A stretch of 64,000 bases of DNA. Origin: Antedon mediterranea (Eukaryota; Animalia; Echinodermata). Below, in pieces: positions 12,401-22,534 of the stretch (its first letter is position 1; every line of letters starts with the position of its first letter). The DNA lies in NCBI RefSeq assembly GCF_964355755.1, contig NC_092672.1:24131237-24195236 (forward strand). Reading direction: 5' to 3'. A program made the position numbers and the translations under genes. Under the pieces are notes generated by a model. That model worked only from the letters and a program-made list of their open reading frames with translations. It ran no database searches and had not been told where the DNA came from.

Positions 12401-14189
12401 AAATGGTAAAACAATCCACAGTGCTCTATCTATCCCTATTAATGTATCATTTCCATATCAACCTCTTGGAGAAGAGAAAATAACGCAACTTCGTAATCGC
12501 CTTGGTCAATTACAACTACTAATCATTGACGAAATATCCATGGTAGATCAAAAGATGTTATGTTACATACATGGCCGATTAAGACAGATAAAACAAGTAC
12601 GAGATGATTCACCGTTTGGTAATGTTTCAGTATTGGCAGTTGGAGACTTTTTTCAATTACCACCTGTAAAAGGCAGTTCATTATATAAAGAATCGCTTCA
12701 AAATATATTATGGACAGATAATTTCAAGCAAATAGATCTCGATGAGATAATGAGGCAGAGGGAAGATGCTAAATTCGCTAATTTGTTAAACAGATTACGA
12801 ACAAAGGAAAAAAATCAAATTTTGTCAAATGACGATTTACAAATGCTGAAATCACGTGAAACTGGTGAAGACTGTGAAGAAGCCATTCATATATATTCAT
12901 ATAACAAAGATGTTTCCGCCTGGAATAAGAAAATGTTGCACAAAAAATGCACAGACATAATATGTATTGAAGCAGAAGATACAGAAATGAATACCAAAAG
13001 GAAAGACACAATTCGTGACAAACCAATAAAGAAGTCTAATCAATGTTCACTTCCAAGTTACTTATGGGTTGCACCTAATGCCAGAGTAATGTTAATTAAA
13101 AATGTCGATGTAAGTAAAGGAATGACAAATGGATGTATGGGAAATATTACAGAAATAATTAAGCCTGACAACAATTCTAAACCAACTACAATCAAAATTA
13201 AATTTGATAACCAAATTGATATTCAGTCTATTGAAAAGTATCAAGAATCGATGGGAAAAAAATACAGTCGCAAACAATTTCCGTTGAAATTGGCTTATGC
13301 ATGTACCGTGCACAAAGTACAGGGAATGACAATGAATAAAGCTGTTGTAAATCTTAAAAATACGTTTTTGTCTGGACAAGCATATGTAGGTTTAAGTCGT
13401 GTTACTTCTTTATCGGGTCTTTATATTGAAAACTTTGATCCCAAACATATACGATGTGACCCAACAATTAAAACTTGCTTAAACAATATGCAACCCTTTT
13501 TACAACCGAATAAACCTAGTACTGTTACACAATTTCAATATTGTATCACGTTGCATAACATACAAGGCTTGAGACAACATTTGACTGACTTAAAATGTAA
13601 TACATCTTTTTCCAATTCCGATTTCATCTGTCTTACAGAAACCTGGATTAATGACAACAATATCAGTAATATTGGTATGGACAATTTCAAATTGTATCAC
13701 CAGCCAAGGTGTCAATCATATTCTAATGACAACACAATTACTTCAGAATTAAAAAATAAGGGACACGGTGGTGTTGCAGTGTATACCAGAAATAAATATT
13801 GTAGTAGACTAAACATAAATTTTAAAGATATCGAATTCATTTCTTTTATGGTAACATCTCCATTGTCTGTTATTATCACAGTTATATATCGACCCCCTAT
13901 ATATGATATCAAGAAATTCTGTAAGGTTCTTGAAAATTTATTGGAAGCAATACATAAAGTGGGTACAAGATGCATTATAATGGGTGATTTCAATGAAGAT
14001 TTGTTAAAAAACATATCCCATGTTAATAACCTACTGGCCAGACACAATTACCAACAGCTAATAACATCCAGTACAACTGAAGGCGGAACTCTTTTGGATC
14101 ATGTTTATATTAGAAACCTTGACACAGTGCATACAGAAGTAATACCCATATATTATAGTTACCATGAAATTATTAAAATACAAATATAA
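6483..14189 (+). CDS. Helentron RepHel polyprotein: herpes-tegument-like (peptidase C76/VTD) deubiquitinase, OTU, 18-aa repeats, Cys-rich region, HUH Rep, PIF1-family helicase, C-terminal AP-type endonuclease
   Basis: 2568-aa uninterrupted ORF. VTD: GSYHQGD..GKQC..FDSH. OTU: GDGNCFYR..GTWA..GNHFE. Rep: PTWFASFS, VEYQARGSPHIH, YVVSYMSK. PIF1: GGAGVGKS, LIIDEISMV, GDFFQLPPV, QFPLKLAYACTVHKVQGMT, GQAYVGLSR. Endonuclease: HNIQGL, LTETW, GGVAVY, IYRPP, GDFNED, LDHVY. RGSPH plus the endonuclease points to Helentron rather than canonical Helitron. Confidence 0.96.
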   Translation: MTYKIMKLHGGGGENKPRKKGRFVKNKTKTSCTNTNDSLHSFNEQTGEKKMNITDEKKTVLTDGNTHNQTNIISPDQYTNCQTFNTTNEGISKNEMNYGIIARGSYHQGDYRFRELAGKQCVSNSLIAMLYCKIKDGNEFKTFDLDEMLLLGSELYYFIQKDSSMNEELLMVSELPKELHILNNSFEMKYSEGLYGTLEGTDEGAFLYGAKSLGQALEYELCKYDACFMTFYGSTFAIIKRPTGYFIFDSHSRNNEGVLTENGRSVLLYFSSWQGIHKHCLTLAKSMNCPLHATQFDLTGMNVSLKSNKDENEYDLHINASRATNHSEQDTGVDNLFDDIVIDIESHIDKNESFDANKYSKAPTLDENDTLFGNIESHIKENESFETNKCSNPPTLDDSEITYVSTEVITERTDKYFKYLPLQVHSKELLCHKLGIDYNGSNFDTPFDHEHEYITKPTATKKITGDGNCFYRTIAYLISGTERNHSVFRKANVKHMLETNDRFKCTLDTQIYKSVKQYVFMNKLMNSGTWACDTDIISMANMLDRDIYAYNDQTEQWQIFCARKPGYYNEITTERGIYIQYTGGNHFEAITTVSTISESNDVKQPVYNHFKSKVSMNEFPYTKTKKRKSTTTYEETDKNSYCFGEEFESISKKIKTIWVDDIDKTNHGTTKKRKRKKSDAVKRKLNKEKMKAKRIKKHCQNEQNKTTSRKKKNANAMKKKYQTDINYKLKKQSTEKRAQRDKYQNNPDFKENTKTDNREKYQNNPDFKEKAKTNQREKYQNNPDSKKKSKTYQREKYLNNPDFKEKSKTNQREKYQNNQDFRQKFKQKMKNISKQKYQNIPQHRQKVLDKNLQKRQCEKVKKKTIECVITNFRKSISHGPEYVCCVCLKLLFENQVMKCIKAKYEIPSCINESYLHTCNSECNNECEIAMSSRNCLWICYTCHRKLIKAEIPSEAYTNNLKLQNIPDELETLNNLEQHLIAINIPFMKIMHLPKGGQQGIHGPVVCVPSNTVETVNVLPRPETDDQMIRVKLKRKLSYKGHYEYKYVNKTKVLQALQYLHQNNKWYSDVVVNEEWNNVLPEISQDLDDKSLSENEEQEEDFDSRLSGIQLDTCLQPTDMRQEILDHYFDDIFCCAPCEGNSPVALLNNKSLEGKCFPTLFPTGHSTFHDARNIKLTLGRYFHNKLCHVDNRFAKNTEYIFFAQCLYEIEQVLSSVSIALRKSSGKKDDFTSVKASDFKSASKVQEILKCDRGYKFLKQIRGTCPYWQSTQKDVLAMVRQLGKPTWFASFSSADMRWPEVMKTLLLETGDKRNINELEWADKCTLLKSNPVTVARMFDKRFHNFLRKVILSDAHPIGKVIDYFFRVEYQARGSPHIHMILWVENAPQLGIDENEKVTEFIDKYVSCKIPSLDEDKELHEIVSGVQTHCKRHSKSCKKKGTTCRFNFPKPPSEQTFIIQRKTTDVDNNETENNDTDEKDTAKNEAIKAAKDLLKSVKSALTGEIPYQDTKQLFENLNVTQTDFEDANNLIATKDDFLLQRNPQDAWVNQYNPSLLRAWNANMDLQFVSNEYACVAYVVSYMSKAEREMGLLLSQAETEIKDGNDDAKESLRELGNMYMQNREVSAQESVYRVCNLRLKEGSRKVEFIPVGPNPVRLSLPINVIQNKDDDDEITWLPSKLDKYKSRPDGLNFEKMCLATFCSEYRILSSSEYNGNKKKQNTFRLKNKLGYIQKRTRSNNAVVRYPRFKQHIAPEKYYMSIMQLFLPFRTDQQLKPPSFMAYEDFYEKGSVKLFGEDLQTVSSIVTENMQQFERNADAIEQAQNYIDKYGPPEDAWGLLCPESELDRLENPKPNIENDDEQGENIIPDLGPKEKEPYRLEHTESRISKQESNNMIRCLNDKQQKVFYEIRQWYLNKVNGKQPEPFHVFITGGAGVGKSHLVKCIYNEGTRILGKMMQNPDDVSILKVAPTGIAAYNINGKTIHSALSIPINVSFPYQPLGEEKITQLRNRLGQLQLLIIDEISMVDQKMLCYIHGRLRQIKQVRDDSPFGNVSVLAVGDFFQLPPVKGSSLYKESLQNILWTDNFKQIDLDEIMRQREDAKFANLLNRLRTKEKNQILSNDDLQMLKSRETGEDCEEAIHIYSYNKDVSAWNKKMLHKKCTDIICIEAEDTEMNTKRKDTIRDKPIKKSNQCSLPSYLWVAPNARVMLIKNVDVSKGMTNGCMGNITEIIKPDNNSKPTTIKIKFDNQIDIQSIEKYQESMGKKYSRKQFPLKLAYACTVHKVQGMTMNKAVVNLKNTFLSGQAYVGLSRVTSLSGLYIENFDPKHIRCDPTIKTCLNNMQPFLQPNKPSTVTQFQYCITLHNIQGLRQHLTDLKCNTSFSNSDFICLTETWINDNNISNIGMDNFKLYHQPRCQSYSNDNTITSELKNKGHGGVAVYTRNKYCSRLNINFKDIEFISFMVTSPLSVIITVIYRPPIYDIKKFCKVLENLLEAIHKVGTRCIIMGDFNEDLLKNISHVNNLLARHNYQQLITSSTTEGGTLLDHVYIRNLDTVHTEVIPIYYSYHEIIKIQI
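8700..9010 (+). repeat. 54-bp in-frame coding tandem repeat (REKYQNNPDFKEK..., 18 aa, about 5 copies plus degenerate ones)
   Basis: AAATATCAAAATAATCCAGATT recurs at 8706, 8760, 8814 and onward; visible in the translation. Confidence 0.9.
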
Positions 14190-14213
14190 TAAATATACCC
14201 CTATAACAAATAA
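14188..14213 (+). terminator. Putative polyadenylation signals of the RepHel gene
   Basis: AATAAA overlaps the TAA stop (14188-14193), with a second AATAAA at ~14208. The AT-rich context weakens specificity. Confidence 0.45.
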
Positions 14214-14339
14214 AACCCATTTCCTTGTATTCCAAATATACCATAATAAAATGTATTATATTAATTGCTGATTAAATCAAGTGATTAATTTTTAATATAC
14301 AATAATAAATAGTATTTATTTCAACATGCTTCTAACACA

Positions 14340-17275
14340 ACTACCGGTAAATTCCCCGTTAAAATATAGAGAACAATGAAAAATTCTGCAACTGCACTTT
14401 AGTCTTTTAATATATTATAAATACAATACAATAAATACAATACATTTTCTAAAGAAATATTTATACATACAATAGAATACCTATTATTGATATGCGGCCT
14501 AATAATGATAATTTAATTATCATGTTCGTATTCCAAACAATAACTATTGTTTGTTTTATGTACCCAAAAAACCGGGCTATTTAAAAAATAAACAAACTGT
14601 ACCGCATTTTCTTGTATAAATAAAATAAATACCTATATCTTGTATAGTGCAATATTTTATATACATATTTTTGTAATGTAATTATAAATGGCCCTAATTG
14701 TTCCTTCTTCGCATTTTAAATAATTATCCAATCGCGTTTTGAACCGTGTATAATTTCTCTATGGTCGTGTTTATACAACACCCTAAATTTGAACACGGCT
14801 TTAATTTTTAGCGTGTTGTTCGGACCGAGGTCAACCCACCTTAACGTTTGCTGTTATACTAGAAATCACGATACCGTGTTATACCGGAAGTTTCATCAAC
14901 ACGCAGTGCATGCTAGGATAAAAGGTCAAATCGTTGATCGCGCTTGAATTGGCTGAGTTGTCAACAATCATCGTCGCCTCCTCGCTGTCGATTCGCGCGG
15001 TTTTTACCATTTTCATTATATTGTATTCGTTCACGTTTGCATTGTTGTTTATTTTGTTCTCGGTTCATTTAAATTAATAAAAGTTATTTTAAGGGTTTCA
15101 TTGTTTCATCTATACACTATGGAAGAAGATGCCATTTTTGCGATGTTATTTTTTTTATTCTGTTTGGAGTGGGAAACGATAGATGCCAGTACTACCACTA
15201 CGAGTTGGCCCCACTAGGCTACTAGGCGTAAGACGTGGTAGGAGGATGATTGCTGGCAGCGAAGCAGCAATAAATGGGCCCAATCTTGTTAGCAATGTCG
15301 CATGACATGATTGATATTACGACCTGTTTTAACGAGAGGTCAAAATATACCCTGAGGACACTTCCAACACGGTAACGGCGACCGGGAATCCACCAAATTT
15401 TAGGATTCAGCCAAGTAGCCTTTTTTGCAATTAAAATCTCATTACACGGAATCTCTTTGTTGTTATACAACACACTTTTCGTAGGCGTGTAGAATATGCT
15501 AGGCCTATTCCATCCCATGATATATTTTATAGTCCAATATTTAATATTGTGGCCATTTGTATAATGCAGTCGACTCCGCCTAAGTCGAAATTAATAAGAC
15601 TGGTATAAAAAATCGAGTTATGCGAACTTCGACTTACAGATTTGAAAAAAAATAACTATAGATAGGCTAGACCTAGCTACCTAGGCCTAGGTTCACTCGC
15701 TACGGATAGTACGCCTAGTAGACCCTGTCGCAATCACGGCCCACACGATCGATGAGTCTTCTTTGATTGCTAGCTACCCTTAGGCCTAATAAATGCTAAG
15801 TCTCCTTTATCGGCAACGAAAAACTGTATTTTCTTTATGGTTTAAGCCGAAACAATAAAAAAAACGTACAATAAGTACATTTCGGTTCGTTCTTATTGGA
15901 AATCGGTATCCATTGTTTATTGCAATCTGTCTACCACAAAATGGGTACCCACGAAACGCCGGTCAACTCACAGCAGATAACTGTACTAGGCCTAGTGTAG
16001 TGCGCGAGTTTTATAGAGAGGATGCCGCCTATCACAACCTGCTTGAGAGAACCGATACGGGCCCACATTATCACCACCACTGTCGTTTGTTTATCGAATT
16101 TTTTTAATCGTTACCGCGTGATTTGTGACTTCGACTTATACGCGTCGATATATCACTAAAGAATGTGTGTATTCGGACCGCAAAAAGACGTTAGACGAAT
16201 TTCGACTGGTAGTAGGCCTAAGTGTTTTGAATCAACAATATTTAGAAAATACGGGTAATACTATACATCATATTTCAAATAAATAAATTACAAAATATAG
16301 CCTAATATTTTTCTTATTTCCATCATCAAAATAATAAAGTGAAATATTACATAACCAAAAATGTTAACAACACATTCCCATGAAAAATGCTTTCTAACAA
16401 CTAGCTTAGCACGCAATATTAATTAATGCTTATCAGTTGTTTTAAAGCGACGCGCCGACAAAGCACCGGCTCAAAGACGGTATATCGAATTTTCACGTTT
16501 GATCTCACTTTACCCGTATCATGATTAACTTCCGGTAAGTTCCCCGTTGAGACATGATCAAAAATTAAAGAATTCTGCGAATGCACTATCATTAGTAGCC
16601 AACAATACATTTTATAAAGAAATGTTTATACAGATAAAATAAAATTTCCAATTTTCTCTTTATTTCATAAAATATCACAATATCTCGTGCATTATTTATA
16701 ATAATTTTAAAGTTGATAGCGTACATTTTTGATATAGGCCTACCTGTTATCGGTCAAATAATGATAATTTAATTATCATGTTCGTATTCAAAACAATTAC
16801 CGCATTTTCTTGCATAATTATAGATCTTTGATAGTGTAATAATAGATGAGCCTAATTGATAAAATATAATATAATCTTCTTCGCATTTCTAACAATAATC
16901 CAATCGTGTTCTGTATTCCATGACATATTTTGCATAGTCCAATATTTAATACTGTAGGGATTTGTATAATAGTAATAGTTTTAAATCAACAATCTTTAGT
17001 AAATACGACTGTAATACTATACATCATAATTCAAATAAATAAATTACAAAAATATTATTTTTATATATCTTATTTCCATCAACAAATAATAAACTGAAAT
17101 ATTACATAACAAAAATGTTAACAACACACATTCCCATGGAAAAATAGTAGCTCAGCACGCAACATTAATTAATGCTTATCAGTTGTTTTAAAGCGACGCG
17201 CCGACAAAGCACCGCCTCAAAGACGGTATATCTAATTTTAACGTTTGATCTCACTTTACCCCTATCATGATTATG
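14340..17275 (+). repeat. Diverged tandem duplication of the intergenic region (copy 1 about 14340-16530 carrying insertions; copy 2 about 16530-17275)
   Basis: Matching blocks: CCGGTAA.TTCCCCGTT at 14344/16532; AATAATGATAATTTAATTATCATGTTCGTATTC at ~14501/~16757; GCTTATCAGTTGTTTTAAAGCGACGCGCCGACAAAGCACCG at ~16428/~17174. Confidence 0.8.
15567..16208. mobile_element. Tc1/pogo(Tigger)-like MITE, degenerate
   Basis: Ends CAGTCGACTCCGCCTAAG / GTTAGACGAATTTCGACTG are imperfect TIRs. The duplicate copy at ~16961 (TTTGTATAAT AGTAATAG) lacks the segment and serves as an empty site. The TA TSD is not intact. Confidence 0.65.
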
Positions 17276-17331
17276 TAACCCAAGCCACAAGTGCACGTGT
17301 TTGTATCACAATCATCATTCTATCAATAATC

Positions 17332-20300
17332 ATGGCAGCGTCAACATCGTCGAAACGTGCGCCTCCGACAATGAACTATTGCCACATAGTGGACCAATTT
17401 GAGAAACGATCAACCACTCAAGCTAACAAAACGAGACACTTTCTAAAGAGCGTTATCGTCACAAAGACACACAAAGCAATGCTATGCGAATGCTTTTTAA
17501 ACGACTCCAACGCATTGCCGGAGACAGAGTTAGCCAAAATTTTGGATTTGCAGAGAGGCGCTTTCTTTGCTGTCAGAGGACAGGTCGTAATCGACACTGT
17601 CAGCAAAAGAATATCGATGGCAGCAGACACAAAGGTAAACTAAAATGTGCATTTGTTTACAGTATTCATATAATAAGTCCATATATAAATGTTAGAATTG
17701 AATGATGTAAAAACATTGGCATATGACTGGTTGGTTGGGCCACCGACAAGTTGAGCCGCCGGTGATTTCTATGAACGCCCAATGCATGCGTCTTTTACGA
17801 CATTCCGCGTAGTGATTAGGGTGGTGTCCTATAGTACATAACTTCATGGTCTTGGTTTAGGTAAAGGGACGATTCAACCCTGAGATATGTAGATTAACTA
17901 TATAAAGGATTGGATAACACATACCACTAATTTAAAAGTATATTCAATTAAATGTTTCTATAAAAACATCAAAATAAATTTATTGTAGATTATGCATAAA
18001 ACATGAATGATTTATGATGTACGATAGGCCTTGTATAGGGCATTTTTTCCAATTACAAATATGGGCAACTTCCCTATGTTATCTTTCTTTCAATATTATG
18101 TAAACAAGACCTAATGTGTGTTTCATTAATATTCACAGGGTATGATCACTAAATTAATTTATATAGGGCCTATATATTTAAATAAACATACTCTAAATAC
18201 AAACATTCAAATGTACCATTATTCTAAACAACATTACAATTTAATTCATTTCTTTTATTGTTTCTCATTTGCAGTTTTTTTTCAAATCGACGGCATTTGA
18301 GCTTGATCAAACTGTAATTGACAATTACCAACGTCCACCGATCTTGAAAATTGCCGACATCCCACGAAGTCCTACAAAACGTAGGGCTACCGTACGAGGA
18401 ACAATTTCAGAAGTAAGTCAATAGATCATTATTTCTACATATTTCCTTCTTTTTATACAACAAATACTTTTTTTTCGAATATTTTATAACAGCAACAGGG
18501 TATAAGTGGTGATACCTCAAAATACCTTAGAATCTCATCTAAATACAACAATAACTTTGATTGCCTAATTAAGGAAATGTTGTGGAACAAAGAAAAAAGA
18601 AAAGACAAAAAAGAAAAACAAAAAACCTACATTCAATAAACAATCTGATTCCATCAAAGCTAGAATGTTTATCTAATTAATTAGCCCTCAGTAGCATTTA
18701 CTGTCACCAACTTTCGTGCTTAGAGCACATAATTATTATTGTTTTCTATTCACAATGGTTCTATGATGGTACCGAAATGTCGATCTCTCTTTTTGTCATT
18801 AAATTATATATTGAAATTACTAACAATTGTTGGCTCCAAAATTGTAGTACGTACCAAATACTGTATGTATTAAAATGATACACCTTTCTTTAAAATTATT
18901 TCTATTATAATATTATCTATTAACAACAAATAATTTAAATTTATATTATTCTTTATCAAAGAATAATGAAAAAACAAATTACATAAACATATGCATTAGT
19001 TGTTTTCAAAATTATAAAAACAAACAAATTCTTTTCCATGTATAAACAAGTGTATGATCCACTACTTATTAAATAGCTTCTTATTTACATATAACATTTA
19101 CCCTATTTATATATGATATGAAACAACAAGTGTATTTTTACTTTAAAACAACACAACATCATTAAGTCACTTTTAGGTATCAACAAATCCTTATTTTATC
19201 TCCGTATTGTGCAATTGATAACATGCCCATTGATCTATCCACATAGACAAAACCACTGTGAACTACTACTACAATTACCCCTTTTTCATTTTGAAATATG
19301 TACCAATTGTTTACATGCTTAGTCCCTATCTGAAAATACCTCTGTACAACAAGATCAATAAACCAAGAGGCTTTCAAACTTGTCACGCCAATTTTGTCAA
19401 CTACCATTTACCAATCTATAAAGCAACTTAATGTCAATAATATTTTACGTAGTATACGTCTTTTCTGGTAAAAATACTTATCACGATGTTAAATTCTTTA
19501 CCGCATACATGTTACATTCAATTATAATGTGTTACAATATCAATATTATGATTTGTTTTCATCTGGTATCCATTTTTTTAGATTGGTGAAATCATTCAGC
19601 TCGAAAATAACAAACTTCGACGAATTCAATTAAGTGATGGGCCAAACACTGTAGCCTTGTCTTTGTGGGGAACCCACACGTCAATAGACCTGGTTATGGG
19701 CCAAAGGATCCAAGCAAGTGGAGTTTTAGTCACTGAATATAAGAATGTAAAACGGATTGAATCCACAACTTCAATGTCTGTGGAGGTATGTATAATAACA
19801 CTTGAAACATTTCAATCTTTTTATATCAATATAATCAATAATCATTAAATTAACTTTTATAATAAGCTTTGGACATTCCATTTACAGACAAAATCAGATG
19901 ACTGCATAATTACAACACTGTGACTGCCATTCAATAATATTGCATTAATTATTGAGTTTAATTTCACCATTCTTTGCAATTATGTTACATTTTGACATTT
20001 TAAATAGCCTTGACAAAAAATAAGACATTCGTTCTAGAAACCTATGTACCTACCCAACAAATTTTAATAATTCATTTCAAACAATTCAATATTTTTTTTT
20101 TATCAGAATGTTTTGGAGAACATAGATGTTATTGCAGAAGTTGTGGCAATAACTGATGAGACGTAAGTATTACATTTGATTTAACATGAATGAATAAAAT
20201 TGCCATAACCTTAATTTTTTTTTATTTCTCCAAATATATATATGTAAACTTTAAATCCAAAGGCAAATTACTGAAAAAATGACAATGCTCAGTGGCTGGA

Positions 20301-20421
20301 TCTCAATGGTGATACAAAAAAAAACCGCAAAGCTATTATATACATATATTTATTACTTTCATTAATTTACCAACAATATATAAACACATCAGGCAAAGAA
20401 CATTAATTCTAAACCGCCAAG

Positions 20422-20468
<47 letters not shown>

Positions 20469-20939
20469 TCAAAAGTTGATTTAGACCATTTGCATGCGTT
20501 TTAATTGCAAAAGTTAAAAAATATTGTCAAAATTAATGTTCTTTGCCTGATGTGTATATATATATATATATAAACACAACAGGCATAGAAATAAATTCTA
20601 AACCGCCAGGTGATACACTTAAAATTATTTTAATTAATATATATATATGTATATATATATATCACTGATACATAATTAAAAAAATATCCAAATTATTAAC
20701 TTCATCTTCTTTTTCTCTTTTCTTTATCCTACAGTTTAACACGTCCATTTGAGGCCGTAATTTCCACACCAGATGACGAATACCTTGTTACCATCACACA
20801 AGATACAACAGTTGAAGGCGATCTCCAGAACCTGCCACTACCAGTGCATGTCACCTTCCAAAACGGTGGTGGCTCAAACACATGTCTCGCCATGATAGTT
20901 ATAGAAGACGACGAAGAGAATGAAGAGACCGAAGTCTAA
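17332..20939 (+). CDS. Five-exon gene for a ~301-aa putative OB-fold ssDNA-binding (RPA/SSB-like) protein with an acidic tail; exons 17332-17634, 18275-18412, 19582-19785, 20107-20162, 20735-20939
   Basis: All four introns are GT-AG with pyrimidine tracts. Phases 0,0,0,2 join without stops. Translation includes RATVRGTISE/IGEIIQLENNKLRRIQLSDGPNTVALSLWG...GQRIQASGVLVTEYKNVKRIESTTSMSVE (OB-fold-like) and ends IEDDEENEETEV*. Confidence 0.75.
20426..20465. repeat. (TA)n microsatellite in intron 4
   Basis: About 20 TA units. Confidence 0.9.
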
Positions 20940-20989
20940 ATATTTCATATATACAATATTAACAATAACATAACAAACAAAATAAATAA

Positions 20990-21332
20990 CAATTATTATT
21001 ACACATAATAATACAATCTCCAAATTAAAATTGTACTGCTTTTCAATTATAAGTTTTAAATTTCCTGCTTGTACAATTCATTTCCTTTTTGTTTTTAAAA
21101 GTTAAAATGTATTTTTTATTATTTTTTCTATTTGTATGTTTTAAAGCATACATGCCATTTCTTAAATAAACATTGTTTTTGTTTGGTAATCAAAACTCAT
21201 TTGTCGATTATTACACATAATAATACAATCTCCAAATTAAAATTGTACTGCTTTTTAATTATAAGTTTTAAATTTCCTGCTTGTACAATTCATTTCCTTT
21301 TTGTTTTTAAAAGTTAAAATGTATTTTTTATT
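20990..21332 (+). repeat. ~212-bp tandem repeat, left part (interrupted by the Maverick)
   Basis: ACACATAATAATACAATCTCCAAATTAAAATTGTACTGC recurs at 21001 and 21213; the unit continues in register after 35957. Confidence 0.9.
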
Positions 21333-21728
21333 AGTAGTATAATATCCCGTACAGTCCAATGAATAATTCATAAATTAATTAATGAATATTAATATATTAA
21401 TTATGAGTGTAGTATTTATGAATAATTAATATTTTAAAGGGTATTATTTATGAATAAATTAATAATTTAATTAATTATGAGGGGTAGTTTTTATGAATAA
21501 TTAATATTTTAAAGGGTATTATTATGAATAAATGAATTAATTAATTAGGTATTAGGGGGTAGTTTTATGAATATTTAATCATTCAAATGGTATTATTTAT
21601 GAATAAATGAATTCATTAATTTGTTTCGCGATCTCAGTCCAATGAATAAGTAATGAGATGTTTTAATATTCGTGAATATTGATATATTTTTATTAATATG
21701 AGAGTGTTTTAATGAATACTTAGTAATT
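21333..21728 (+). repeat. Maverick left terminal inverted repeat
   Basis: Reverse complement of about 35563-35957. Outer ~119 bp identical, inner part imperfect. AT-rich internal subrepeats. Confidence 0.92.
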
Positions 21729-21935
21729 GCGTTGGTATTTATTCTATGAATTATTGAATTAAGTATTATATATGTAAATTGTTTTATTTTTAACAGGGTA
21801 CCTGATTTACTATATATATATACAGATTGTTAATTTGAAAACAGTACAGTTTTCTTGCTTTAGAATTTTTAACATTTAGTTTGTTTACGTATCAGATTCA
21901 ACTGTTCTTTATCCTTACTGTTATTATCTAACAGG

Positions 21936-22340
21936 ATGAATTCTACTCAAAAGCAAACCGGTAGTAAGAGAGTTTTTTCTTCTTCAAAAGGACAGAGTGT
22001 TGTATCTAATAGAGCGAAGATACAAAAGGTTTCACATCAACAAGGCACAACAGTACCTTCAAATCGTTCCGTTCAGCGGCCAAGACAGTTCACACCGAAG
22101 AGATCAATTACATCTACCGAACGTGTTATCTTGAATGAAAAGAGACATATTGTGGCTCAACTATGGGGTGAAAAAGCGTTTGTTTGTATTCGTGAGTTCT
22201 ATCAAATAGAAGAAAATGGTCCTTTCCTACCAGGCAAACAGGGTATAAATTTAACGGTTGATCAATGGTACGATTTGCTGGAACAAGCGGAGCACGTAGA
22301 TGGTATGATTGCTGAAGTGATAGATGCTGGAAATGAATAA
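21936..22340 (+). CDS. PC4/Sub1-like ssDNA-binding protein
   Basis: C-terminal VCIREFYQ....FLPGKQGINLTVDQWYDL matches the PC4 signature (VDIREY...PGKKGISL..EQW). Basic, low-complexity N-terminus. Confidence 0.8.
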   Translation: MNSTQKQTGSKRVFSSSKGQSVVSNRAKIQKVSHQQGTTVPSNRSVQRPRQFTPKRSITSTERVILNEKRHIVAQLWGEKAFVCIREFYQIEENGPFLPGKQGINLTVDQWYDLLEQAEHVDGMIAEVIDAGNE

Positions 22341-22534
22341 TAATTAATAAAAATTAATTCATTTTTACCGATAAGACTGAATACATTATTAAGAATACAG
22401 GTAGTTGAACCCTTTATAGGATGTTCGAGATTTGAAGTTTGAACATATTACAATCAGGTTTCTATACGAACTGAGCTGTGAAAAACAAAGACTTTGCTTC
22501 TTTCAACGTGTACTTTGATACTTCTTACTAAACC

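Noticed and set aside
6366-14047. Antisense and alternate-frame ORFs overlapping RepHel (and likewise pPolB and LINE ORF2)
   Set aside because: Shadow ORFs of long AT-biased coding sequence, with low-complexity F/L/I-rich translations.
17245-17643. 132-aa ORF as a stand-alone gene
   Set aside because: Better explained as exon 1 (ATG 17332 to the donor at 17634) of the spliced gene; the listed start is a TTG.
21132-21317. Duplicate 61-aa ORFs flanking the Maverick (also 36188-36373), read as LTRs or a gene pair
   Set aside because: They are copies of the ~212-bp tandem repeat that the Maverick interrupted; the real TSD is 6 bp.
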